Shown piece after piece: positions 44,207-53,709 of a stretch of DNA of 64,000 bases (position 1 is the stretch's first letter; each line of letters starts with the position of its first letter). A program made the position numbers and the translations under genes. This DNA comes from Terriglobia bacterium (GTDB taxonomy: Bacteria; Acidobacteriota; Terriglobia; Bryobacterales; Bryobacteraceae): NCBI GenBank assembly GCA_963760955.1, contig CAVXFF010000001.1, forward strand, positions 2,518,740 through 2,582,739, in the 5' to 3' direction. A model generated the notes under the pieces. It did not search any database, was not told where the DNA came from, and saw only the letters and a list, made by a program, of their open reading frames with translations.

Positions 44207-45205
44207 CTAAGCCCGCCGGCGGCGCAGCAGCGCCAACCCGGCCAGCCCGCCGCCCAGCAGCAGCAACGTTGCCGGCTCAGGCACCAGTTGCCCTTCGATC
44301 CAGCTCGTCTGCGTGCTCACGCGGGCATCGCCGAAGATTTCGCCGAAGCTGGAGTTGTTCGCGATCCCGTCGCCGTCGCTCGTGGTGGACGGAGTGGGGT
44401 CGCTGAAGATAAAGCTGTGGACGCCGGCCAGGTAGTTGCCGATGAAGCTCGGTCCGCCGGAGTCGCCAAACGACAGGTCCCCCTCGTACATCCCCAGGCC
44501 GGTGCTGGACGTCAGCCCGGCGACGAAGCCGTTCAGGGTATTGCGCTCGGCGCTACCATTGTCGAAGTCGCCGATAAGCACGTTCACGCTGCCGCTGCCG
44601 GTCCCGTTCTGGATCACGTCGGCGGTGGCGTCGTATTGGTTCTCGGCACGGCGCCGGACGCCAGCGCCGCCCTGGTTGCCAGTGTCGCCCGTTCCGGTCT
44701 GGCCATAACCGACGATATCAATCGACTGCCCGATCTCGTCCGCCGTCGTGTAGATCTGATAGCCGGTGTAGCTGGAAGCTCCCGCTGTCAGCGTGAGCAC
44801 GGCCAGGTCGGGCCCCGTCAAGCCGTTCTGACCGTAGAGATCCCAGCCGGGCGTAATGGCGATCGTTGACACGAAATAGGTCGCGCCGTCTCCGAAGTGC
44901 ACGGTAATGTCGCCCGGCGTCACTCCGTTATCGACGCAATGTGCGGCGGTCAGAATATTCCAGCCCGAGGAGAGCAGGCTGCCCGAACAGTCGCCAGTGC
45001 TGATGCTCAGCCTGACAACTCCGTCCAGCAACAAGCCGCCGAGCAGCGTCGTATCGGTCTGGTCGTTGGCGTCGTAAAGGTCGGCCGGCGTAGGCGTGGC
45101 CGTGTAGACGGTAATCGCCCAGGAAGAGGCGGGCAGCAACAGCGCGATCGCGACGGCGGGCAAACGTCGCCGCCGTGGTTCCCCCGATCCCGAATGAGAT
45201 GGCAT
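44207..45205 (-). CDS. Trypsin-like serine protease with PEP-CTERM sorting signal
   Basis: Catalytic triad contexts LTAAHC, PDLAVLTL and GDSGGP. The C-terminus is VPEPATLLLLGGGLAGLALLRRRRA. Confidence 0.85.
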   Translation of the reverse strand: MPSHSGSGEPRRRRLPAVAIALLLPASSWAITVYTATPTPADLYDANDQTDTTLLGGLLLDGVVRLSISTGDCSGSLLSSGWNILTAAHCVDNGVTPGDITVHFGDGATYFVSTIAITPGWDLYGQNGLTGPDLAVLTLTAGASSYTGYQIYTTADEIGQSIDIVGYGQTGTGDTGNQGGAGVRRRAENQYDATADVIQNGTGSGSVNVLIGDFDNGSAERNTLNGFVAGLTSSTGLGMYEGDLSFGDSGGPSFIGNYLAGVHSFIFSDPTPSTTSDGDGIANNSSFGEIFGDARVSTQTSWIEGQLVPEPATLLLLGGGLAGLALLRRRRA

Positions 45206-45346
45206 GAGTATTCCCTATTCTGCGGTGGCGGCCTAGTGGCAGTCAACGGGGAAAGTACCGTATTGTGTTCGTCCGCCCTTCGCCCTGGCGCGAGCGGCCG
45301 GAGGAGCTCCACGGGCGGAAACCACCGCCGCCGCTATGATAGTTGG

Positions 45347-46591
45347 GTGGCATCGGGCTTGACGCGGCAGGACCAGCACATTGTCGTCATCGGCGGCGGG
45401 ATCGTCGGCCTGGCGACCGCCTATCGCCTGGGGGAGCGTCTGCCCGGCGCGCGCGTCACAATCCTCGAAAAGGAAGACGCCCCCGGCCGTCACCAGAGCA
45501 GCCACAACAGCGGCGTGTTGCATTGCGGGCTGTACTATAAGCCGGGATCGCGGCGGGCCCGGCTGGCGGTGCGCGGCATCCGCCAGATGGTGGCGTTCTG
45601 CAAAGAGCACGGCGTGGCGCACGACGTCTGCGGCAAGGTGGTGGTGGCGACCCAGCCCGGCGAACTGCCCCGCCTCAGCGCGCTGTTTGAACGCGGCCAG
45701 GAGAACGGCCTCGAAGGTTTGCGCATCCTCACCCCGGAGGAGCTCCGCGAGATCGAGCCGCACGCCGCCGGCCTGGCCGCTATCCGCGTTCCGGAAGAAG
45801 GCATCGCCGACTACCCGGGCGTCTGCCGCGTGCTCGAAGGCCTGGTGCGCCACCAGGGCGGGGAAGTGATCACCGGCGCGCGAGTCACCGCGATCCGCCG
45901 CGAGGCTCCGGGCTGGCGCGCCATCCACACGCGCGGGGAGACCGTGTGCGATTACCTGGTGAGCTGCGCGGGCCTGCACTCGGATCGCGTGGCGGCGCTC
46001 ACGGGGAGAACGCCGGCCGCGCGCATTCTGCCCTTCCGCGGCGAATACTACCTGATCCGGCCCGAGCGCCAGTACTTGGTCCGCAACCTGATCTATCCGG
46101 TGCCTGACCCTGCCCTGCCGTTCCTGGGCGTGCATTTCACGCGGCGAATCACCGGCGGGATCGAGGCCGGTCCGAACGCCGTGCTGGCGCTGGCGCGCGA
46201 GGGCTACACCTGGAGCAACATCAACCCGCGGGACTTGGCCGACGCCGTGCTCTATCCCGGCCTGTGGCGCTTCCTGCTGCGCTTCGGCCGGGTGAGCTGG
46301 CAGGAGGTCCGCCGCAGCTTCAGCCGGGCGCTGTTCTGCCGGACGCTGCAGCGTCTGGTGCCCGAGATCCGGGAAGAGGACCTGGTCACCGGCGGTTCAG
46401 GCGTGCGCGCGCAGGCCATGAGTCCGGACGGGAAGCTGCTGGACGACTTCGTGTTCACCGAAGGCGACCGCGAGCTGCACGTGGTGAACGCGCCCAGCCC
46501 CGCCGCGACCGCTTCGCTGGCCATCGGCGAAGAGGTGGCGGGCATCGTGGCGCGGGGCATCGGCGTGAAGCCCGCCGCAGGCGTGCGGTAG
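45347..46591 (+). CDS. lhgO: L-2-hydroxyglutarate oxidase/dehydrogenase
   Basis: VVIGGGIVGLATA, HNSGVLHCGLYYKPGS, PFRGEYY, IYPVPDPALPFLGVHFTR, GVRAQAMSPDGKLLDDF and NAPSPAATAS closely follow E. coli LhgO as I recall it. The start (GTG 45347 or TTG 45358) is uncertain. Confidence 0.88.
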   Translation: MASGLTRQDQHIVVIGGGIVGLATAYRLGERLPGARVTILEKEDAPGRHQSSHNSGVLHCGLYYKPGSRRARLAVRGIRQMVAFCKEHGVAHDVCGKVVVATQPGELPRLSALFERGQENGLEGLRILTPEELREIEPHAAGLAAIRVPEEGIADYPGVCRVLEGLVRHQGGEVITGARVTAIRREAPGWRAIHTRGETVCDYLVSCAGLHSDRVAALTGRTPAARILPFRGEYYLIRPERQYLVRNLIYPVPDPALPFLGVHFTRRITGGIEAGPNAVLALAREGYTWSNINPRDLADAVLYPGLWRFLLRFGRVSWQEVRRSFSRALFCRTLQRLVPEIREEDLVTGGSGVRAQAMSPDGKLLDDFVFTEGDRELHVVNAPSPAATASLAIGEEVAGIVARGIGVKPAAGVR

Positions 46592-46751
46592 TGCTCTGAT
46601 CCGCGGCAGAGTCGGGACAAGCGGGGCGCCAGATGCGGCAAGTGGCCGCTGGATTTGCGTGATGCCATGCCCGAACGTTTCGAACCTGCGCACTCTGCCT
46701 TATGCGGCCGGCATCGCCGCGGGGGCCCTTGCGCCGAATGGTGAGGAGCTT

Positions 46752-46899
46752 TAGAGCGTTTGCAGCGTTGTCGTAGACCGCTCCCTGCGGTCGCCGCTCT
46801 GCTACTGGCGCTGTGCCCAGCGCACGTCCTTTGTGCAGAGCGCCGCTAGCTGTGCCGCGACCACAGGGAGCGGTCTACGCTTGCTGAGAAAACGCTCTA
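46752..46899. repeat. Extended imperfect palindrome (about 43-nt arms, about 60-nt structured loop)
   Basis: The left arm TAGAGCGTTTGCAGCGTTGTCGTAGACCGCTCCCTGCGGTCGC pairs with the right arm GCGACCACAGGGAGCGGTCTACGCTTGCTGAGAAAACGCTCTA. Inner stems are CGCTCTGC/GCAGAGCG and GCGCTG/CAGCGC. A 19-nt piece of the right arm recurs at 21450-21468. Confidence 0.75.
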
Positions 46900-46904
46900 G
46901 CCTG

Positions 46905-47052
46905 GATTTCTCACAGGCTCGCAGAGCGTTTCTGGCAAAGCACGGGCGGGATGCCTCGGCGAGTGGTTGGGCCGGCACCCCGGGCACGACACTGTAATGG
47001 ACGACAAGCGCCGGGACGAGTCCCGGCGCGGCAAGCCACGGGCTTGCGCCAC
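46905..47052 (-). repeat. REP-like element, long form, copy 6
   Basis: The reverse complement starts GTGGCGCAAGCCCGTGGCTTGCCGCGCCGGGACTCGTCCCGGCGCTTGTCGTCC. The element ends 9 nt before the ATG at 47062. Confidence 0.85.
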
Positions 47053-47061
47053 AATAAGGAC

Positions 47062-49215
47062 ATGGGCGCTGCTGCTCCCGCCGCTTCCCCGATGACGCCG
47101 GCCTCGGCGCGCGTGGTGGAGCGCGTCTATGAGTGCTCCCTGCTGGGCATGTTGGCGTCGGGCTACTTCGCGGTGCTCGGCTCGGGCGACCTGGACCCGA
47201 TTACGGCGGTGCTGACGCTGGCCGGGTTTTGCCTGCGTGGTCTGGTGATCATGGGCGTGGTCACGCTGGAGATCCCGGGCAAGCTGGTGGCCGGGCTGAC
47301 GCTGCTGTATGTGGCGTTTTACCCGCTCGACTACTTCTACATTTCGCGCGCGTTTCTGCCGGCTACCGTGCACATGATCTTCTTTGTCGCGGTGATCAAG
47401 GTGCTCACCTCGAAGACCCTGCGCGACCACACGTATGTGAAAATGATCGCCGCGCTGGAGCTGCTGGCCGCCGCGCTGCTTTCGACGCATCTGAGCTTTT
47501 TCGTGTTCCTGGCTACGTTCCTGTTGTTTACGATCGCGGCGCTGGCTTCCGGCGAGGTGCTGCGGTCCATGCAGCATCTAACCGCGGCGTCGACGGCCAG
47601 CCGGAGCGTCTCGCCCAGCGGCATGCGCGGCTTCCCGCGGCGGCTCACGGTGCTGACGTGCAGTCTGTTTCTGGGCGTGCTGTTGATGACCGGGGGGCTG
47701 TTCTTCGTACTGCCGCGCACGGCTCGGGCGGCGCTCGAACGCTTCGTGCCGGACCGCTACCATCTGCCGGGGTTCGCCAACGAGGTGACGCTGGGCGAAC
47801 TGGGCGAGATCAAGCAGAACAGCGCGCCGGTGATGCACATCAAGAGTTACGACGGCGACGGGATGCTGGCCGTGCGCTGGCGCGGGTCGGCGCTGACGCA
47901 GTTCGACGGCAATCGCTGGTTCAATCCTCCCGACGGCGAAAGCCAGCGCCTGCTGCTGGACAAGGGCAACCTGGTGCTGAAGACCGCCGAGCACGCGCAT
48001 CCCGGGCGGCGGATGCGCTACGAGGTGCAGTTGAATGAGATCGCCTCCGACACGCTGTTCTTTGCCGGGACGCCGGAGACGATCAATGTGCGCACGGGGT
48101 TCGTGTTCCGTTCTCCCTACGGTTCGCTGAGCGTGCCGCGGGTGAACGTGAGCGGGTTGCGGTACAGCGCGCTGAGCTTCCTGGAAGACGAAGCGGCTCC
48201 CGTGGTGCATCCTCCGCGACCGCTGCCGGAGACCGAGCGGCAGCCGCTGCTGGAACTGCCCACGCTCGATCCCCGCGTGGCGCAACTGGCGCACACCTGG
48301 ACCGACGATGCGCCGACGCCGCTCGAAAAGGCCCGGGCGATCGAGTATCATCTGCGGCGGGACTACGGCTACACGCTGGAACTGCTGTCGACGAAGGTGG
48401 CCGATCCGCTGGCGCACTTCCTGTTTGTGCGGCGGGAGGGGCATTGCGAGTACTTCGCTTCGTCCATGGCCGTGATGCTGCGCACGCTGGGCATCCCCTC
48501 GCGGGTGGTGACCGGATTCTTGAGCGGCGTCTACAATCCCATGACGGACTGGCAGATTGTGCGGGCCTCGGACGCGCACACCTGGGTGGAGGCTTGGATT
48601 CCGGGCGCCGGCTGGACCACCTTCGACCCCACACCGCCCGATCCGTCGGCTTCGCCCGACGGGCTGTGGACGCAGGTTTCGCTGTTCTTCGACGCAGCCG
48701 ACCAGTTCTGGCATGACTGGGTGGTGGGCTACGACTTCGACCACCAGTTGTATCTGGCGTCGCGCATGCAGGCCGGCGGACGGCGGCTGCGGTTTTCCTG
48801 GATGGACGATGTGGCGGACTGGGTGCAGTCGGGTGTCCAAGCCGGGCGGAGCTGGGCGATCCCGTTGCTGGTGCTGGGAGCGCTGGCGGTGCTGGCGCTG
48901 TTGTACACGCCGGCGATGAGCCGCTGGACCAGGAACACGCTGCGGCTCAGGCGGGCGCGGCGCGGGGAGGCGCATCCGTCCGATGCGACGCTGCTCTATG
49001 GGCGCATGCTGGAGTTGCTCGAACGGCGCGGCTACCAGAAACCGCCGTGGCTCACGCCGGCAGAGTTTGTGCGCGTGCTGCCGGCCTCCGAGCTGGCGGT
49101 GCTGGTGGAGGATCTGACGGGCGCTTACAACCAGGTGCGCTTCGGCGGGCAGCGCGAGGCGGCGACGCGCATGGTGCGGCTGCTGGGGCGGATCGAAGTG
49201 CTGCTGGCGGGCTGA
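47062..49215 (+). CDS. Transglutaminase-like membrane protein (DUF3488-type N-terminus)
   Basis: ATG at 47062 after AAGGA and multiple N-terminal TM helices. Core motifs REGHCEYFASSMAVMLR (Cys), DAHTWVEAW (His) and FDPT (Asp), plus a late TM. Confidence 0.85.
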   Translation: MGAAAPAASPMTPASARVVERVYECSLLGMLASGYFAVLGSGDLDPITAVLTLAGFCLRGLVIMGVVTLEIPGKLVAGLTLLYVAFYPLDYFYISRAFLPATVHMIFFVAVIKVLTSKTLRDHTYVKMIAALELLAAALLSTHLSFFVFLATFLLFTIAALASGEVLRSMQHLTAASTASRSVSPSGMRGFPRRLTVLTCSLFLGVLLMTGGLFFVLPRTARAALERFVPDRYHLPGFANEVTLGELGEIKQNSAPVMHIKSYDGDGMLAVRWRGSALTQFDGNRWFNPPDGESQRLLLDKGNLVLKTAEHAHPGRRMRYEVQLNEIASDTLFFAGTPETINVRTGFVFRSPYGSLSVPRVNVSGLRYSALSFLEDEAAPVVHPPRPLPETERQPLLELPTLDPRVAQLAHTWTDDAPTPLEKARAIEYHLRRDYGYTLELLSTKVADPLAHFLFVRREGHCEYFASSMAVMLRTLGIPSRVVTGFLSGVYNPMTDWQIVRASDAHTWVEAWIPGAGWTTFDPTPPDPSASPDGLWTQVSLFFDAADQFWHDWVVGYDFDHQLYLASRMQAGGRRLRFSWMDDVADWVQSGVQAGRSWAIPLLVLGALAVLALLYTPAMSRWTRNTLRLRRARRGEAHPSDATLLYGRMLELLERRGYQKPPWLTPAEFVRVLPASELAVLVEDLTGAYNQVRFGGQREAATRMVRLLGRIEVLLAG

Positions 49216-50132
49216 CGGCGGAACCGGCGTATCGCCGCCAGGGAACCGAGGCCGAGGAGCAGCGCTTCCAGCGTGCCCGGCTCGGGAACCGTCGCGTCTG
49301 TGACGAAGCCATGAATGGCTCCTTCCCCGTCGGTGTAGGTGCCTGCGATCTGTCCAAGGTTGTTAATGCCCCCCGGTGCGGTTTCGGGGCCGTCGATGTC
49401 GAACGAGATCAAGTTGCCCGGCGTGCCGTAGAAGCCATGACGGAGGAGGACGTCGTCGGCTGTCCGGTAATCGCCGACAATGACTCCAAAGTCGTTGATT
49501 CCTGTCAATGTGGTGGACACCGAGCCGGGGAAGTCGATCACCGTTATGCTCCCGTCCGGAGCGCGGATAAATCCGCGATTCTGAGTGTCGAAGAAGGTGC
49601 CGACGACGTAGCCCAGATTGTTGATGCCCCTGGCAACGGTTAGGTCCGCACTCAGGTTCAAGATGACCAAGGGATCGGCTCCGATCTGAATGAATGCGTC
49701 GTTTGCGATACAACAGGGCGGTGGGACGACCTGGCCGACGATGTCTCCGTGATCGTTGATCCCGAACACGGTGGTTTTCAGCGCGCCGGGTACGGTGTAG
49801 GTCGTAAACGAGCCGTCATAGAGGAAGCCCTGCTCGAATCCCGACGGCGCGAACGAATCGCCGACCACAACGCCGGCCGCATTGATCCCGAAGGCGCGGG
49901 TGCGGGGGGAATCCGTCGTGTCCGCCGGGTCATTGAGAGGCTGCACAAAAGAGCCGTCGGGGTTCCGGATATAGGCGGGCGACACGCCGGGATCCAGGTT
50001 GAAATAGCTTCCCACCACGTAGCCGGTGTTCGAGATGCCGTAAACGTAGAAGGTCGTCGCGTCCGGCACATCGAAGGAGGCAAAGGGAAACGGTCCCGCC
50101 GCCAGAGTCCCCGCGAGCATCATTTCCCACAA
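49125..50132 (-). CDS. HAF-repeat extracellular protein with PEP-CTERM signal
   Basis: Repeated G(I/V)N(D/N)xGxVVG units (GISNTGYVVG, GINAAGVVVG, GINDHGDIVG, GINNLGYVVG, GINDFGVIVG, GINNLGQIAG). VPEPGTLEALLLGLGSLAAIRRFRRQ lies near the C-terminus. TTG start with a weak signal peptide. The last about 28 codons overlap the convergent gene. Confidence 0.7.
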   Translation of the reverse strand: MWEMMLAGTLAAGPFPFASFDVPDATTFYVYGISNTGYVVGSYFNLDPGVSPAYIRNPDGSFVQPLNDPADTTDSPRTRAFGINAAGVVVGDSFAPSGFEQGFLYDGSFTTYTVPGALKTTVFGINDHGDIVGQVVPPPCCIANDAFIQIGADPLVILNLSADLTVARGINNLGYVVGTFFDTQNRGFIRAPDGSITVIDFPGSVSTTLTGINDFGVIVGDYRTADDVLLRHGFYGTPGNLISFDIDGPETAPGGINNLGQIAGTYTDGEGAIHGFVTDATVPEPGTLEALLLGLGSLAAIRRFRRQPASSTSIRPSSRTMRVAASRCPPKRTWL

Positions 50133-50298
50133 GGCTAGAGCGACGGTAGACTTGAACCTCAGCGTTTACCCCCCAACGGGAACCCGGGATTGAAGCAGAT
50201 CCCGACTTTGACGTAGTGGGTGGGTGCAAGGATTCTTCTCATCCGCCCCGAGACATTGCCGGAGTGCCTCTCACGGGCGTCCGCGCGGAACGCGGGCG

Positions 50299-51939
50299 CT
50301 ACTCGCTTAGGCGCAGGATCTGCGAGGACAACTGCAGGAAGGCCTGCTTGAGCTGGCTCTGGTTGGTCGAGAACACGAAAGTTCCCTGCGGCTGGTCGGT
50401 GTAATTGACGCAGCCGGTGGTGGAGGCGCAATCCGAGTACAGCGGCGGGTTGTTGAACGTGTCGCCGCGGGAGTCGTTGGCCATGCGCTGGAGCAGGGTG
50501 TAGTCGGGCGGATCGCTACCCTGGCCGCCGAGGCCGATCACAAACATGTAGATCGGGAAGCCGGAGTTGCTGCGCACGCGATAGGCGGCGTTGTCGGCGG
50601 CGTTGAGGGCGCCGTTGTGGTAGTTGGTCCAGTTGTCTGTAGTCGAGTAGTAGTCGAACTTCACATGCCCGCTCTGCATGGTCACGGGCTTGTAGGCGTT
50701 GGAGGGATTCAACTGGTTGCCGAAGACGTCGGTGGCCGGGATCCAGGCGAAGTCGTCGACGTTCTGCGTGCTCTGGACCTTGAACCGGCAGTTGGAGACC
50801 GCCGATGAGCTGAGATACGTGCCGCCGTAGTTGCCGTTGGGATGGTAGGGGTTGAACAGGGCAAAGAAGTAGTGGCCCTGGCCGGGATCGCTCGAATAGA
50901 GCGCGCCGATGGCCCCGGCCGGGATGTCGGCCATGTAGCCGACGCCGCCGTCGTTCATGGGGAATCCGCTGGTCCAATGGCGTGCGTCGGATTCCTGGTT
51001 GTCGTCCCAGCCGCCCTGGTATTTGGTCTGGTTGTTGTAGTCCTTGCAGCCGCGCTGGGTGCTGCCGTAGGGGGTGATGCGGTTGATGCCGAAGGTCTGG
51101 CTGCTCTGGTCCCACCAGTTCAGGTTGAGCGTGTTGGGCAGGCCGTCGGATTCGAACAGAATCAGGTTCAGCGCGCCGGGCAGATTGGTCTTATAGAGCT
51201 CGTTGTAGGCCACCGAAACAGCCTGCGCGGTGCCCGTGCCGCCCTGGCAAGCGATGCTGTCAATGTCGCCGTTGGCGGAGCCGAAGCTGTTGCTGTAGCC
51301 CAGCACGCTCTGGAAATCGGTGGTGGGCGAGGAGTGGACATAGCTGCCGTCGCTGAAGGAGACCAGTCCGATGCGGTCGCGCCCGGGAGCGAACTGGCCG
51401 GTGAAGAGCTTGGCCGCGGACTTCATTTCGCCGCAGGCGCCGGCGGGATAGTTCATGGATCCGGACCGGTCGAGCACCAGCATAATCACCGCGTCGCGGC
51501 GGGAGGCGTTGCCGATGCTGGTGATGGTTGTGGCGTCAAAGTTCAGCCAACGCATGAACCAGGTGGGGACCGTGGTGGTGGCCGTCACGGTCACATTGCG
51601 CAGGTTGGGGTTGTTCGGGTCGTCGAAGACCTGCACCGAGGAAGTGCTCATGACGGTGTTGGAGGTGGCCCAGTCGCCGGGCGGATGGTTGGCGTAAAAC
51701 CAGTTGACCGCGTTCTGCCTGGCGCTGGCGGCCTGAGCGGCGGTGGTCTGGCCGAGGTTCAGGGCACGGGCGGCGGCCAGGGAGGCTCCGTCCACCGAGG
51801 ATTGCAGGCGCGATTTGACGGCGTACAGGTAGCCGACATCGATCGAGAGTCCCACCATGGGAATAATGAAAAGCAGCGATACAGTGCCGAGAATAAGCGC
51901 CGTGCCTCGTTCCCGGAAATTGGGTTTGACCTCTCGCAT
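50299..51939 (-). CDS. TadE/TadG-like N-terminal domain plus vWA domain protein
   Basis: The ATG at 51939 sits behind GAAGG (the track ORF begins at GTG 51948). N-terminus RERGTALILGTVSLLFIIPMVGLSIDVGYLY. MIDAS motif LVLDRSGSM. Confidence 0.75.
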   Translation of the reverse strand: MREVKPNFRERGTALILGTVSLLFIIPMVGLSIDVGYLYAVKSRLQSSVDGASLAAARALNLGQTTAAQAASARQNAVNWFYANHPPGDWATSNTVMSTSSVQVFDDPNNPNLRNVTVTATTTVPTWFMRWLNFDATTITSIGNASRRDAVIMLVLDRSGSMNYPAGACGEMKSAAKLFTGQFAPGRDRIGLVSFSDGSYVHSSPTTDFQSVLGYSNSFGSANGDIDSIACQGGTGTAQAVSVAYNELYKTNLPGALNLILFESDGLPNTLNLNWWDQSSQTFGINRITPYGSTQRGCKDYNNQTKYQGGWDDNQESDARHWTSGFPMNDGGVGYMADIPAGAIGALYSSDPGQGHYFFALFNPYHPNGNYGGTYLSSSAVSNCRFKVQSTQNVDDFAWIPATDVFGNQLNPSNAYKPVTMQSGHVKFDYYSTTDNWTNYHNGALNAADNAAYRVRSNSGFPIYMFVIGLGGQGSDPPDYTLLQRMANDSRGDTFNNPPLYSDCASTTGCVNYTDQPQGTFVFSTNQSQLKQAFLQLSSQILRLSE

Positions 51940-52240
51940 AACATTCACCTTCGGGGGCCTCCGGCTGTCCGCCTGGAAGGTGCTGGGGGACTCCCGGTGG
52001 GCCTTTCTAAATCCATGTTAATGATGGGTGTGGGGCGGGTCGATCGGCAATCCTTAATAAAACTCAATGTTCTTTGCTTTAGTATTGTTTCTGTACGCAG
52101 GAGTAGAAGGCTCTGAGGTGGGTTGTTTGCCTGTAAGGTATTGGATGGAAAAGTCCTCTTATAATGCAGATATCATGATGGTTATGTGAATGCCTCTGGG
52201 GCTCGGTGGGCCCTAGTGCCAAATTGGCTGTGGGAGGGGA

Positions 52241-53446
52241 TTAGGGAGCGGCGGGGAGCCAGACTTCGATGCAGGCGCCCCCTTCCGGGCGGTTGGTGGC
52301 GGTGATGGTCCCGCCATGCTGGGTGACGATCCCCTGGGCGACGGTCAGGCCCAGACCCGTGCCGCGGGCGTCCAGGCGGGTGGTGACGAAGGCGTCGAAG
52401 ATGTCCGGCAGGACCTCGGCGGGGATGCCGGGGCCGTTGTCTTCGACCGAGACCACGATGCCGGGGATGCCGGCGCGGTCGGCGTGGCGCGAACGGACGT
52501 CCACCGATCCTCCGGGGTCCTCGAAGGCGCTGAGCGAGTTGCGCAGCAGATTGACGAAGACCTGGCCCAGGCGGTCGGCGTTGCCGAGCACGCGGTCTGC
52601 GGGCGAGACGTGGTTGGTGAAGGTGACGCCCGAGGCTCGTTCATCGATGGCGACCAGGGCCCAGGCCTCGTCAATGACCGAGCGGGCTTCGAGCGGTTCG
52701 GTGGCTTCGCGGCGGACCTTGGCGAATCCGATCAGGCTCTCGGAGATGGTGCGCAGGCGCTGGGTGACGCGCTGGATGCGAGCCAGGCGATCAAGGGTTT
52801 GGGAATCGCGGGTGGTTTCGATCAGCTTCTCGACCGATCCGTGGAGCACGGCGAGCGGGGTGTTCAGTTCGTGGGCGACGCTGGCTGAGAGCAGGCCGAG
52901 GCTCACCAGGCGGTCCTGCTCTTCCAGGCGGCGAAGGGCGTCGGCGAGTTCGTCTTCCTGGCGGCGCAGCTCAGCTACGGTGTCGTTGCGGGAGCGCATG
53001 ATCTGCCCGATTTCGTCGCGGGGAATCTCGTAGGATGGGATAAGTTCGTTGCGGCGGTCGCCGGCGCGAGTGGCGGTGTCGGCATCCAGCAGGACCTGCA
53101 GCGGCCGGTAGACGTAGAGCGGCATGATGACGGCTTCCAGCAGAATGACCGCGCCCGCGTAAATGCAGCCGAGCACCAGAAAGAGCGTGATGCGGGCTCG
53201 GGAGATGGCTTGTTCATAGGCCTGTTCGAACTCGGGGTTCACCGGAGGCTGGCCTGGAACCCGTTCCAAAATGGACGCTTCCCGGGCGCGCGCATCGGTA
53301 ACCTGCTGCTCAAAGAGCGGAATCAGAGAGAAATAGGCGGCGCACGTAAGTACTAAGAAGAAAAGGTTGTGGAGCACCATCAGTTTCAGCCGGACCTTGA
53401 GATTGCCGAAACTTCTGGTTATACTGTAGGGGTTCCTATTAGACAA
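52241..53446 (-). CDS. Sensor histidine kinase (2 TM, HAMP-like, HisKA, HATPase_c)
   Basis: H-box SVAHELNTPL, N-box FVNLLRNSLSAF, G1 VEDNGPGIP and G2 GTGLGLTVAQ. TTG start is uncertain. No response regulator is adjacent. Confidence 0.85.
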   Translation of the reverse strand: MSNRNPYSITRSFGNLKVRLKLMVLHNLFFLVLTCAAYFSLIPLFEQQVTDARAREASILERVPGQPPVNPEFEQAYEQAISRARITLFLVLGCIYAGAVILLEAVIMPLYVYRPLQVLLDADTATRAGDRRNELIPSYEIPRDEIGQIMRSRNDTVAELRRQEDELADALRRLEEQDRLVSLGLLSASVAHELNTPLAVLHGSVEKLIETTRDSQTLDRLARIQRVTQRLRTISESLIGFAKVRREATEPLEARSVIDEAWALVAIDERASGVTFTNHVSPADRVLGNADRLGQVFVNLLRNSLSAFEDPGGSVDVRSRHADRAGIPGIVVSVEDNGPGIPAEVLPDIFDAFVTTRLDARGTGLGLTVAQGIVTQHGGTITATNRPEGGACIEVWLPAAP

Positions 53447-53709
53447 GAATGGCTATCCCCCTTGCCGAATGCCTGCGGTTATGGTAGAAGCTTAAAGAAG
53501 CCCCAATCCAGGATTCAGTGTTCGGATGCGCACAGCAGCTAAGTGCGATGGAGTGAGCGCCGGGCGCGCAAGTTGCGGTTGGCGTGGGTTGTGGTGCGTA
53601 GCAAGCCAGGAGGGTGCGGTCCGCCGGAGAAGCGGGCTGCCGTCGAGGGAGAGAAGAAGGGTGCGCGCCGTCCGCCAGAGCGGGACGAGGGGCGCGAACG
53701 AAGGAAACG

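Noticed and set aside
44897-45346. 5' extension of the lhgO ORF
   Set aside because: It overlaps the start of the oppositely oriented protease gene and is Arg-rich. Homology to LhgO begins just before the GGGIVG dinucleotide-binding motif.
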